Positions 7,711 to 15,373 of a DNA stretch of 43,452 bases are shown piece after piece. Within the stretch, counting starts at the first letter, position 1. The number at the start of each line of letters is the position of its first letter. The notes under the pieces are model-generated. The model was not told the DNA's origin and searched no databases. It saw nothing but the letters and a program-made list of their open reading frames with translations. A program made the translations under genes and the position numbers. The DNA is from a virus. Lineage: Duplodnaviria > Caudoviricetes. The stretch lies in IMG/VR virus record IMGVR_UViG_3300032272_000027, positions 1 to 43,452 of that record, one strand, 5' to 3'.

Positions 7711-7952
7711 TCGTCCTCCTTCACCTTCTCGTACGCCGCCTTCAGCTCTAGGTACAAGTCGTATGGGTGTGTCTTCGATGGCATAGACACCATCTCTGGG
7801 ACATACCTATCAAGAACCCTCATCAACTCGCTCCACCGCTCCCGCTCCTCGGCAACGGCTTTGACGATGGCCTTGTGGATTAGATATAGGTCTTCTTCGG
7901 GAGCAATGCCGCCAACGACATCAAGGACTCGCTGTCGTTCCTCCGGTTTCAT
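7707..7952 (-). CDS. Hypothetical protein; C-terminal half paralogous to 7949-8224
   Basis: AEERERWSELMRVLDRYVPEMVSMPSKTHPYDLYLELK. Confidence 0.75.
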   Translation of the reverse strand: MKPEERQRVLDVVGGIAPEEDLYLIHKAIVKAVAEERERWSELMRVLDRYVPEMVSMPSKTHPYDLYLELKAAYEKVKEDE

Positions 7953-8224
7953 GAGGTCTCCCGTAGCTTCTCACGCTCCAACTTCAAATCGTTGTAAAGG
8001 TCCCACGGGTGTGTTTGAGACGGCAGGGTCACCATCTGCTCTAGGAATCGGTCTAGATGCTCCATCAATGGGCTGTACCGCTCCCGCTCCTCGGCGATGG
8101 AAGCGTTGGCATCGTCCAGCCTTACCCAATCTCCATGCTTATCGTCCTCCTTCATGTCCTCGAAGTATTCTCGCTCGCCACCCCATCCGACTTTCGACAT
8201 CGAGGTCAGTCGATAGCGTCTCAT
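7949..8224 (-). CDS. Hypothetical protein; C-terminal half paralogous to 7707-7952
   Basis: N-terminal GDWVRLDDA motif plus AEERERYSPLMEHLDRFLEQMVTLPSQTHPWDLYNDLK. Confidence 0.75.
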   Translation of the reverse strand: MRRYRLTSMSKVGWGGEREYFEDMKEDDKHGDWVRLDDANASIAEERERYSPLMEHLDRFLEQMVTLPSQTHPWDLYNDLKLEREKLRETS

Positions 8225-8538
8225 GCGTACTCCTTTTTGACCGGCTCAGGTAACGGCATCCAGTGCGAGGGCGGCGCGATTTCGCTATGGGTGTTGTAGC
8301 CGTACCAATAAACGGAATCATACTGCGGGGCCGCTACGAACATGCGACCAGTTGACTCGTACAGGCACAGGACGTGACGGAAATTCTCCGGCTTCTCACG
8401 GCTGATAGGGATCCACATGCGCCTTTCGGTATCCCTCCGCACTTTGGCCACACGCTCGTCCATGTCCGCCTGCGTGTAGATTTCTCTCGCTTGGTACTCG
8501 CGCTCGCGGTAGTCGTCCTCAGATTCCTCCGGGCTCAT
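8221..8538 (-). CDS. DUF551-like protein
   Basis: WIPISREKPE..RHVLC ... PSHWMPLPEP. Confidence 0.75.
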   Translation of the reverse strand: MSPEESEDDYREREYQAREIYTQADMDERVAKVRRDTERRMWIPISREKPENFRHVLCLYESTGRMFVAAPQYDSVYWYGYNTHSEIAPPSHWMPLPEPVKKEYA

Positions 8539-8798
8539 CCTCCCTCCCCTCTCACGATCTCGTCGAGTTCGGCATCAAGTGGGTCACAACACCACTCCGT
8601 ATTGTGCCCGGGGTCTAGGTCAACGAGGTCGTTCCTCTGCTCCTCCAACTTCTTCACAAGGGCGAGGAGGATCTCGATCTTGGGCCAGGGGGAGATCTCG
8701 TAGCCCTCCGGTCGTCCAACCTCCGCGAACTGATTCTTGGCCCACTCGACGTTTTCGGGGACTGTTCCAATGAAATGCTCGTAGCCGTCGAACTTCAT
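8535..8798 (-). CDS. Hypothetical protein
   Basis: GGAGGGG RBS before MKFDG (track start 8822); ATGA coupling downstream. Confidence 0.6.
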   Translation of the reverse strand: MKFDGYEHFIGTVPENVEWAKNQFAEVGRPEGYEISPWPKIEILLALVKKLEEQRNDLVDLDPGHNTEWCCDPLDAELDEIVRGEGG

Positions 8799-8831
8799 GC
8801 GTTCCCCTCCAGCGCCCGCCACTCGGCCACT

Positions 8832-9128
8832 CTAGACATTCCTAGCCATCCTCTTCGCATGGGCCGTCCGCTTCATTTCTCGCAGCTTCTCACTCTTTGC
8901 CCGGATCCCTCCGAGGAGGTCCGCCAACCATGAATTAAGTCTGTACGCTTCCCCGTCCTTTATCAAGGATCCCTTTTTGACGAGCGTTTCGGCTAGCTGG
9001 AGGGATTGGCGTTCACTGGCCGCCAACTTAAATTTTCCGCCCGGCGTCCACGGCCCCTTATCGGCGATCATGTGGAGGGCCCTCGTCTGGCGCGGGTAGT
9101 GCGCTCGAGAGAAGTTGTCGAGGCTCAT
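8832..9128 (-). CDS. Basic hypothetical protein, possible winged-helix
   Basis: LAETLVKKGSLIKDGEAYRLN resembles a wHTH wing; ATGA coupling. Confidence 0.5.
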   Translation of the reverse strand: MSLDNFSRAHYPRQTRALHMIADKGPWTPGGKFKLAASERQSLQLAETLVKKGSLIKDGEAYRLNSWLADLLGGIRAKSEKLREMKRTAHAKRMARNV

Positions 9129-9469
9129 AGGATCCCCAATGCAGCTTTATCGACCTCGGTCAATTTCGCCAGGGCCAGATCTCGTGGAGAGGGGGTGTGC
9201 TCAACTACAAGTAGTTTCTGCCTCCTATATCCACCCCTCATCGCTGCTGGCGGTTCTTCCTTCCACAACTTGAACCCAAGCGGGAGATCTTGTCCGGGGT
9301 ACCAGGAGGCCCAAACGGTGTGACGATAAGAGTCATAAACCGCTTCCGGTTTAGCTAGCTCGACAACTACACCCCCGGTTCCCGATGAGTTCCGATAATG
9401 CTCCGCCCCCAACCTGGATACGAATGGTCCGAAGTACCCCGAACGATCCCTCACGATCCAATTACTCAT
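9125..9469 (-). CDS. Hypothetical protein
   Basis: Likely start MSNWIVR (track start 9553); C-terminal ALAKLTEVDKAALGI is a common phage ending. Confidence 0.6.
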   Translation of the reverse strand: MSNWIVRDRSGYFGPFVSRLGAEHYRNSSGTGGVVVELAKPEAVYDSYRHTVWASWYPGQDLPLGFKLWKEEPPAAMRGGYRRQKLLVVEHTPSPRDLALAKLTEVDKAALGIL

Positions 9470-9704
9470 CTTCGCCCCCACCGTCCAAGATGGAGTTCGT
9501 AGGAACAACGACGAAAACCTGGTCTGCCCAGACTGCGATATTGTGGAGCGCACCCGAAAGCATCACATTAGGGATATTCTGATCCGCCGCCTTTCCGATC
9601 GCCGCCATAATTTCCTTGGTCATTTTCTCCACGACCTGAATTGATCGCTCGTTAAAAATTGCGTCCGTCATTTCGCTACCCTTTTCAAATTGTGCATTGC
9701 ACAT
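9462..9704 (-). CDS. Hypothetical protein
   Basis: Fills the operon and overlaps the next gene; start may be 9671. Confidence 0.5.
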   Translation of the reverse strand: MCNAQFEKGSEMTDAIFNERSIQVVEKMTKEIMAAIGKAADQNIPNVMLSGALHNIAVWADQVFVVVPTNSILDGGGEDE

Positions 9705-9847
9705 TCGGAACGTACTCCCCGGGAGAACCCCAGAGACCTAGAGGGAGAAGAACTCCCCGCCATTCGTAAAGAGCACCCGTTCGATTCTCTTATCCCACTC
9801 CTCCACAATCTTCTTAGCTCCCTCCCCGTCAGCCAGACATTCCTTCC

Positions 9848-10416
9848 CGGACATTCGAGCACTCTGGACCCCCCCTATAGGGGGGGGGTGTCCGTCCGGA
9901 TCGCTCTCGGGGGTTGTCGCGTGTCCGGCCGGTTGTCCGTTTGGTGTCCGGGCGTGTCCGTTTTGCATTATTGGGAACCCTTATTTCCACCGGGGTATTT
10001 CATTAGTGCCCGGGGTGTCAGCTTGACCGACCGCTTGCCCGTGCGCTCCAAACAACTATCGTCGACCATTGTAGTTACGGCCCTGCGGATCCTTCGTTTA
10101 GCGTTCTCAACTTCGGTCATTCCACCGTCAGGAATGATAGAATAAAGGTCGGAAACCTCGCACTCTGATCCGCCGGGGAATGTCCGGATGATGTCCGCCA
10201 GAGAATGACACAAGCGTTCGCCGTCCGGCAAGTGTCCGGAGCCCAAACGGACATCCTGCCCGGACATCTCAAGAGTAGCCGAAGTGATCGCTTCTCCCGT
10301 CTCGGGATCTCTAAGCCCGGTATCTACCGACACTAACGAGAAGACCATCGGCTTGAAGTTCTCCGTGTCCTTGGCTTTAGACGACGAAATCTCGACCGAT
10401 GTCCGGATGATGTCCG
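9848..10416. repeat. Putative replication origin: TGTCCG/CGGACA iterons with a C7-TATA-G9 palindrome
   Basis: Five TGTCCG in 9889-9960; GGACCCCCCCTATAGGGGGGGGGTGTCC at about 9866-9893; exact 18-bp repeat ATGTCCGGATGATGTCCG at 10180-10197 and 10399-10416. Confidence 0.65.
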
Positions 10417-11542
10417 TTTGGTCGCAACGTGTTGCTGCGCCTTTCTTTGCGATGATTTCAAAGTGTACGGCCCCAAGGAGAGAAGAGTGTCCGCGAGCCC
10501 CCCTCGTGGTGTCTTTTCCGGTGTGGTGGACGATCAAAACGACGCACCCGAACTCTTCGGATAGCTCCGTCGCGAAGGCATTGAAGACCCCCATGTCGGA
10601 GTCGTCGTTCTCGGATCCGCCCACAAGGCAGCGGTTGAGCGTGTCCAAAATTACCAACCCGAGGGGGATCCCAGGGTTGTGTTTGGCCGTCAGATACCGA
10701 AGATCTTCGCGGAATTGCTCCCGCTCGGTTGGCTCGAGCACTCTAACTGGGCGGTCCATGTAGTGGAAATTGCGGGCTGCGGTCAGTACTTCCAGCGCCT
10801 CACCCTCGATCGACCCGACGAAGTGGGCCCGGATACGCTGGTTGATCCCCCCCTGACCTTCCCCGAAGACGTAAAGAACTTGGTGCTGGGCGCTAGGTAG
10901 CTTGTGGCCGAACCATTCCGGATCCCCATTGGCCAAGGAAAGGGCGATAGAGAGCGCAACGAACGACTTGCCGCAACCTGGGGGGCCAACCAAGGTGCCA
11001 ACCTCCCCCCGCCGCATGAGATCCCCGCAGAGTCTTGGCGGAACAACCGCGTTCAGTGCGTCCGTGAGCGTCTTGAAGTTGGTCGACTCACCCTTGTCCT
11101 CAAGGGACTTGGATAGCGCCTCGATCCGCTTGGCGTAATTCTCCAGCAGGGACTTCGGGGTTAGCCCGTTCTTGGAATCCTCGGATAGCTCCTTAGCCAG
11201 ACTACGTATCGACCTCTTGGCATGCTCGTCCAGCAGCACCGCGAAAGCCTTATCAGCCTCGTGAGTGTGAACGCCCGACTCCACTAGATCCCAGACGAAG
11301 CCCTCCCCAGCCCTACGGCCTTCCGGGTCGATCTTCCCAATGTTGTCGATGACCTTAGTGACCGAAGCCTCTTCGGGCGACCACCCGCAATCGTAGACGA
11401 TGGCCTGGTGGGTTAGGAGGTGGTGATCGTTCTCCCAAAAACCCTCTTCTGGGACTCTGGTTAACAGGTCAAAGTTGCGCCCTAGCAGCCAGGCGCCTAT
11501 GACGGACTGCTCCAGCCGGATTCGGGAGTCAGAGCTAATCAT
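9968..11542 (-). CDS. Replicative SF4 helicase: DnaB-like N-terminal domain + RepA/AAA_25 ATPase + C-terminal wHTH
   Basis: LEQSVIGAWLL (DnaB_N-like), GPPGCGKS, LYVFGEG, ILDTLNR, ENDDSDM, IVHHTGK, RGHSSLLGA. Confidence 0.88.
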   Translation of the reverse strand: MISSDSRIRLEQSVIGAWLLGRNFDLLTRVPEEGFWENDHHLLTHQAIVYDCGWSPEEASVTKVIDNIGKIDPEGRRAGEGFVWDLVESGVHTHEADKAFAVLLDEHAKRSIRSLAKELSEDSKNGLTPKSLLENYAKRIEALSKSLEDKGESTNFKTLTDALNAVVPPRLCGDLMRRGEVGTLVGPPGCGKSFVALSIALSLANGDPEWFGHKLPSAQHQVLYVFGEGQGGINQRIRAHFVGSIEGEALEVLTAARNFHYMDRPVRVLEPTEREQFREDLRYLTAKHNPGIPLGLVILDTLNRCLVGGSENDDSDMGVFNAFATELSEEFGCVVLIVHHTGKDTTRGARGHSSLLGAVHFEIIAKKGAATRCDQTDIIRTSVEISSSKAKDTENFKPMVFSLVSVDTGLRDPETGEAITSATLEMSGQDVRLGSGHLPDGERLCHSLADIIRTFPGGSECEVSDLYSIIPDGGMTEVENAKRRIRRAVTTMVDDSCLERTGKRSVKLTPRALMKYPGGNKGSQ

Positions 11543-11883
11543 TGCAGTTTCTCCCAGTCCGACCGTATGGGGTTCTTGATAGGTATGTACTCCCTAGAAC
11601 GCTTTTGCTTCGGCTTGGCTTTCCTCTCCCCTGTGGCCACGGCGTCCCTGTATGTTTTGTTTTTGCAGCCCTCGCACATTCGGTACATCTTCGAGTGATA
11701 GAGCTTGCCGCATGAAGGGCAGTTAGCAAGGTCTCCAAGACTCTCGAGCTTGGTCCGTATCCTGAAAAGCGAGTCCAGGTACGCACTAACCTTTTCGTCG
11801 TTCGGCTCCGCCTGCCTTATCAACCACTCGATATCCTCGGGGGAGAACAAGGGCTCCGGATTCTCGGTCGAGTATTCAGCCAC
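11539..11883 (-). CDS. Zinc-finger protein
   Basis: CPSC-x10-CEGC; directly upstream of the helicase with overlap. Confidence 0.6.
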   Translation of the reverse strand: MAEYSTENPEPLFSPEDIEWLIRQAEPNDEKVSAYLDSLFRIRTKLESLGDLANCPSCGKLYHSKMYRMCEGCKNKTYRDAVATGERKAKPKQKRSREYIPIKNPIRSDWEKLQ

Positions 11884-11886
11884 TCC

Positions 11887-12105
11887 CTACCCCTCGATTT
11901 TGTCTAGCAACACTTCGACGTAAACAGCCGCGTCCATCAATTCTTCTTGGAGGTGGTGGAGCCAGCCAACTATGTCGATATTAGAGGCAGACGTTACGCA
12001 CCCGTACTTGGCCATACCGACAGCCGACCTACCGTTTAGCTTCTCAACCACCTTCTCAACGTTAGTGTCTAGCATTCTCGGATTCCTCGTAGAAGTAGTA
12101 ATCAA
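11887..12105 (-). CDS. Small all-alpha protein, MazG/nucleotide pyrophosphohydrolase-like
   Basis: RSAVGMAKYG ... WLHHLQEELMDAAVYVE; likely start 12075. Confidence 0.6.
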   Translation of the reverse strand: MITTSTRNPRMLDTNVEKVVEKLNGRSAVGMAKYGCVTSASNIDIVGWLHHLQEELMDAAVYVEVLLDKIEG

Positions 12106-12262
12106 TGGAAGCCTCGGGGAAGAAGTGTTTTCGCCCTAACCCTGAGCCCTCAACCAACAGCGCGAACGTTCCGTCCCTGTATCGGTGTGAGATCTTCACG
12201 TCATGGAGGTGGAGGCGGGCACCGGACTTTAGGTAAATCGTGAAATTGTAGAGCGATTCCAT
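12062..12262 (-). CDS. Hypothetical small beta protein
   Basis: GGAG RBS before MESLY (track start 12280). Confidence 0.5.
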   Translation of the reverse strand: MESLYNFTIYLKSGARLHLHDVKISHRYRDGTFALLVEGSGLGRKHFFPEASIDYYFYEESENARH

Positions 12263-12302
12263 TATTACTCCGGAAAGCAATCACCGTTAGCGATCAATGC
12301 CA

Positions 12303-12608
12303 TCATCCTTCGTTACTCAGCTTCATGGGGATAATATCGACGGAACACTCGGCGAGGTTGTTTCCAGCCTTCAATGCTTCCGCGAGCCCCGTGCCGAACC
12401 CTTCCGGGGTATCCCTTGGCCCTCCCCCCTGCCAGACAAAAACGGCTTCATTGTCAACGTACAGAACGGCGTCATATCGCCCGTTAGCATTCTTCGAGAC
12501 CTTAGCTTCTACGATCTTCGTCATCTCTGTCATCTCTGTCGTTCCCGTCTTCACTTCTAATGTAGTCGTAACATTTGGCGCAAAGGCCGTACTTAACAGC
12601 GTAATCAT
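12303..12608 (-). CDS. Hypothetical protein
   Basis: Fits the operon; true start may be MTEMTK near 12533. Confidence 0.5.
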   Translation of the reverse strand: MITLLSTAFAPNVTTTLEVKTGTTEMTEMTKIVEAKVSKNANGRYDAVLYVDNEAVFVWQGGGPRDTPEGFGTGLAEALKAGNNLAECSVDIIPMKLSNEG

Positions 12609-12635
12609 GCCCGCAAATTTCGCAAACTTCCTCTT

Positions 12636-12998
12636 CTACTTCGTCTTCCATTTCCCGCCCAATCTCCTCTGCTCAACGTCTAGCCCATGAGCGAAGGCTT
12701 CGTCAATTTCAAGCTGCATTCCCTCAGTGATTCCTAGATCAACGTAAGCAACGAACACGTCAGCAGCCTCTACCCAGTTCAGTCCGCACCCGACACCTTG
12801 CGCTCGAGCCTTGTCGCTCTCGGTCAGGAATTTGGTGTACATCGCGTGTGGGGCGAAGGGCGCTTCATGCTTCTTGATAGAGTCCTGCATGCAATCATGT
12901 AGATACGCCAGGTTCCGAACGTAACCCTCCAGGTCGTCGGCCCGATAGGGGGAGGCCAGGAAAACCAGTAGTCGGGGTTCGTATGACTTATCATTCAT
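12636..12998 (-). CDS. Nucleoside 2-deoxyribosyltransferase-like (DUF4406-type) protein
   Basis: VFLASPYRA ... PFAPHAMY ... GITEGMQLEI.EA pattern. Confidence 0.7.
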   Translation of the reverse strand: MNDKSYEPRLLVFLASPYRADDLEGYVRNLAYLHDCMQDSIKKHEAPFAPHAMYTKFLTESDKARAQGVGCGLNWVEAADVFVAYVDLGITEGMQLEIDEAFAHGLDVEQRRLGGKWKTK

Positions 12999-13260
12999 CT
13001 TCGCCGCTCCCTTCTAGGCCAGAAGTGCCAGATTGCGAGTCCTCCGGCGATACAACCTGCAATAACGAGTTCTGGAGGCATTCGACCTCCTCCGTCTTCT
13101 CCTTTAGGGCTAGCCGCAACGTGCTGATGGTGTCTTCTTGATCCTGGGCCAAGCAGTGGAGCCGATGGGTCTCGATCTCTAGGTTGCCCTTGTCGCGGTC
13201 ACACTGATCGAGCATGTCGCAAACGTCTCGGTACTCATGCTGGGGTAGTCGTTTAGTCAT
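12991..13260 (-). CDS. Coiled-coil hypothetical protein
   Basis: Heptad pattern; overlaps neighbours. Confidence 0.55.
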   Translation of the reverse strand: MTKRLPQHEYRDVCDMLDQCDRDKGNLEIETHRLHCLAQDQEDTISTLRLALKEKTEEVECLQNSLLQVVSPEDSQSGTSGLEGSGEDE

Positions 13261-13942
13261 TCTTTCGTTCCCACTTGTGCCGATCGTCTACCGTGCATTT
13301 GAACTTTTGACCAAAGCAAGACACAACTACACCCTCCGCCTTACCGCCTCCTCCAGCACCTCTCACTTGAGTACCATTATCCATAAGCTCATCCATAGCC
13401 TCTTGGATTACACTAAGGTTAAACGTTCTGTGATTTACGATTGTCGGCACGACATCCAGGCTGACCGTAGGGCAGATAACGGTTTGAATATTATACATTC
13501 GGTCCCTTGGGAATTGGTGGGTATTGAACAGGAAGAACCGTTTTTCCATTATGTCGTGTGGGTTCTTCTGGATACCAGGACCAGCCCACTCGCCGTAATG
13601 GCGACCTTCTCCCAGGGCCTCGATTAGCAATCTAGAGTTGTCTCTCACCCATGCCGCGAACCCGAAATTATCTGCTTCCGGTGTGATTGCACGTTTGCGG
13701 CTCTGGACTAGCACAACCTCGCCCCCACGGATAACGACGCAAGCATTAGTTCCGTCGATCTTCTCCGTAATCACCATTCGACTCTTGTGAATCCTAGGCA
13801 ATTTGCCGTACGGAACGAACTCCTCTACGCCCCGTGATACTTCCACCACTGCATCAGTCTCCGGTAGGCATACACTTCCGCCCATTCTCGCCCCCCCGGG
13901 AATTGTACTTCCGCTTTGTGTTTCGCTCCGAGAGTTATCCAT
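13253..13942 (-). CDS. RNA ligase (Rnl2-like nucleotidyltransferase domain)
   Basis: Motif I TEKIDGTN, QSRKR, YGEWAGPGIQ, FFLFN, AEGVVV, FK; true start probably GTG near 13849. Confidence 0.85.
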   Translation of the reverse strand: MDNSRSETQSGSTIPGGARMGGSVCLPETDAVVEVSRGVEEFVPYGKLPRIHKSRMVITEKIDGTNACVVIRGGEVVLVQSRKRAITPEADNFGFAAWVRDNSRLLIEALGEGRHYGEWAGPGIQKNPHDIMEKRFFLFNTHQFPRDRMYNIQTVICPTVSLDVVPTIVNHRTFNLSVIQEAMDELMDNGTQVRGAGGGGKAEGVVVSCFGQKFKCTVDDRHKWERKND

Positions 13943-14256
13943 TGGTTCGCTACCCCCTTCGGGTGTGCCCGGCTGTACTTGGGCGGGTGCATTATGAACT
14001 CGGGTAGGGTCGACTCGATAACGATCAGCGCAAGGTCGAATGATTCCATCCTTCCAAGCTCCCGTACGAATCGTTCCCTACCCTTACCCAGTGTTCCGTA
14101 AGCGTCCGAGAGTGACTTCCTCTCCACGCATACCCGGTCTTCAAATCCCTCTAGCGAATAGTCCCCCGTCTTCAACGTTCCGACGATTGAATCGTGCGGG
14201 AACGTCCAAGGTAATTGCTCTCGAGTATCGACAACAATCCTGGGGGAGTCCTTCAC
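13825..14256 (-). CDS. ERCC4/XPF-family nuclease (putative resolvase)
   Basis: IVVDTREQ, LKTGDYSL, VERKSLSD, RERFVREL. Confidence 0.9.
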   Translation of the reverse strand: MKDSPRIVVDTREQLPWTFPHDSIVGTLKTGDYSLEGFEDRVCVERKSLSDAYGTLGKGRERFVRELGRMESFDLALIVIESTLPEFIMHPPKYSRAHPKGVANQWITLGAKHKAEVQFPGGREWAEVYAYRRLMQWWKYHGA

Positions 14257-14646
14257 TTAGAAGGGCGCGTCCGAAACGTCACTGGGATCTGCGAGGCCGA
14301 ACTCTCCGGCGTCCAGGTAACCGTTATCGTTGCTGAAGACAGTCGCCCAGGCGCAACAGCCGACAAGAGCGGAAGCGTCAACCTCCTCATTGGAGTCGCT
14401 ACCGTGCTGGTGGTTGAAGGCTCCGCAAAGTTCCACAACCTTCGCGCTGTGCGTCGGGCTGTCAGGCTTCCAGAAGAACTTCTTGTAGACCGTCTTTCCG
14501 AGTTGGTCCCCCTTGTAGACGGTGAGTTTCATATCCCAGTACGGATTGCCGTTCTTGTCCGTCTTCTCTACGCCCTCGTCTACCCGAACCAGATTGCGAC
14601 TCGGCTCGATCATTTCAATCTCTCCAGTGCCGTTAAAGCTAACCAT
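14257..14646 (-). CDS. SSB-like OB-fold protein (DUF669-like)
   Basis: KTDKNGNPYWDMKL; acidic C-terminal DVSDAPF; follows the Sak4-like ATPase. Confidence 0.7.
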   Translation of the reverse strand: MVSFNGTGEIEMIEPSRNLVRVDEGVEKTDKNGNPYWDMKLTVYKGDQLGKTVYKKFFWKPDSPTHSAKVVELCGAFNHQHGSDSNEEVDASALVGCCAWATVFSNDNGYLDAGEFGLADPSDVSDAPF

Positions 14647-15373
14647 TCGCCTTTTCCTCTTCCTTCAGATCTACCACTTTATAGTGGCTGTTAATTACCC
14701 GGAAGGTGTCTTCCGGACCCTCTGACTTAAACTTCTTCTTTAGCTGACGGCTACGGTCTTGGTGGACGGTGATTCCGATCAGCCCATGATCGATAGACTG
14801 GCTCTCGATCTCAAGGTCTACGAGATAAGACACTGAGGGTTCACACGCTACCTCATTGATATCCGGACCCTCAAGGTCGAAGTGCTTCTTTGAGCGCCCG
14901 ACCAGAACTAGATGGCATCGTCGACTAAGCTCGATCAGCCGCCGCATGAATGTTCCGAACTCCTGCTTGACGGGTTGCCAATCCTGAACCTGGAGGGTGT
15001 AAGAGTCCCCGTTGTGTCCAGGCTTACCGATCCGCGTCTTGAAGTGCCTATCTGTATGCTTCTGCTTTAAAGTCTCCCAGTACAGGGTGATCGAATCGAC
15101 TATTACGCAATCATAATCGTGCTCGTCAGCAATCAAGGCCGACACTACGGCCATCGCTTCTTTCTCTTTGCTCACCGGGAACACGGCGTAATCATGCCCG
15201 TCCTCGTACCGGGTGCCGCTCTCGAAGTCGATAACCGCCGTCTTGAAGTGCTTCGAGAACTCCAGGGCCGTCAACGTCTTGGCGCTGGATTGGGCGCCCC
15301 AGATCAACACCTTGAGATTCCCGGGATCTTCAGCCGGTGATCTTGCCAAGGTCTCTAGAATCCCCATCGTCAC
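14639..15373 (-). CDS. Sak4-like / AAA_24 single-strand annealing ATPase
   Basis: LKVLIWGAQSSAKT, VIDFESG, CVIVDSIT, QDW. Confidence 0.8.
   Translation of the reverse strand: MTMGILETLARSPAEDPGNLKVLIWGAQSSAKTLTALEFSKHFKTAVIDFESGTRYEDGHDYAVFPVSKEKEAMAVVSALIADEHDYDCVIVDSITLYWETLKQKHTDRHFKTRIGKPGHNGDSYTLQVQDWQPVKQEFGTFMRRLIELSRRCHLVLVGRSKKHFDLEGPDINEVACEPSVSYLVDLEIESQSIDHGLIGITVHQDRSRQLKKKFKSEGPEDTFRVINSHYKVVDLKEEEKANG

Noticed and set aside
9738-9968. 76-aa ORF downstream of the helicase as a real protein
   Set aside because: Its low-complexity GH/GQ pattern simply translates the iterons and palindrome; it may be translated, but I cannot support a function
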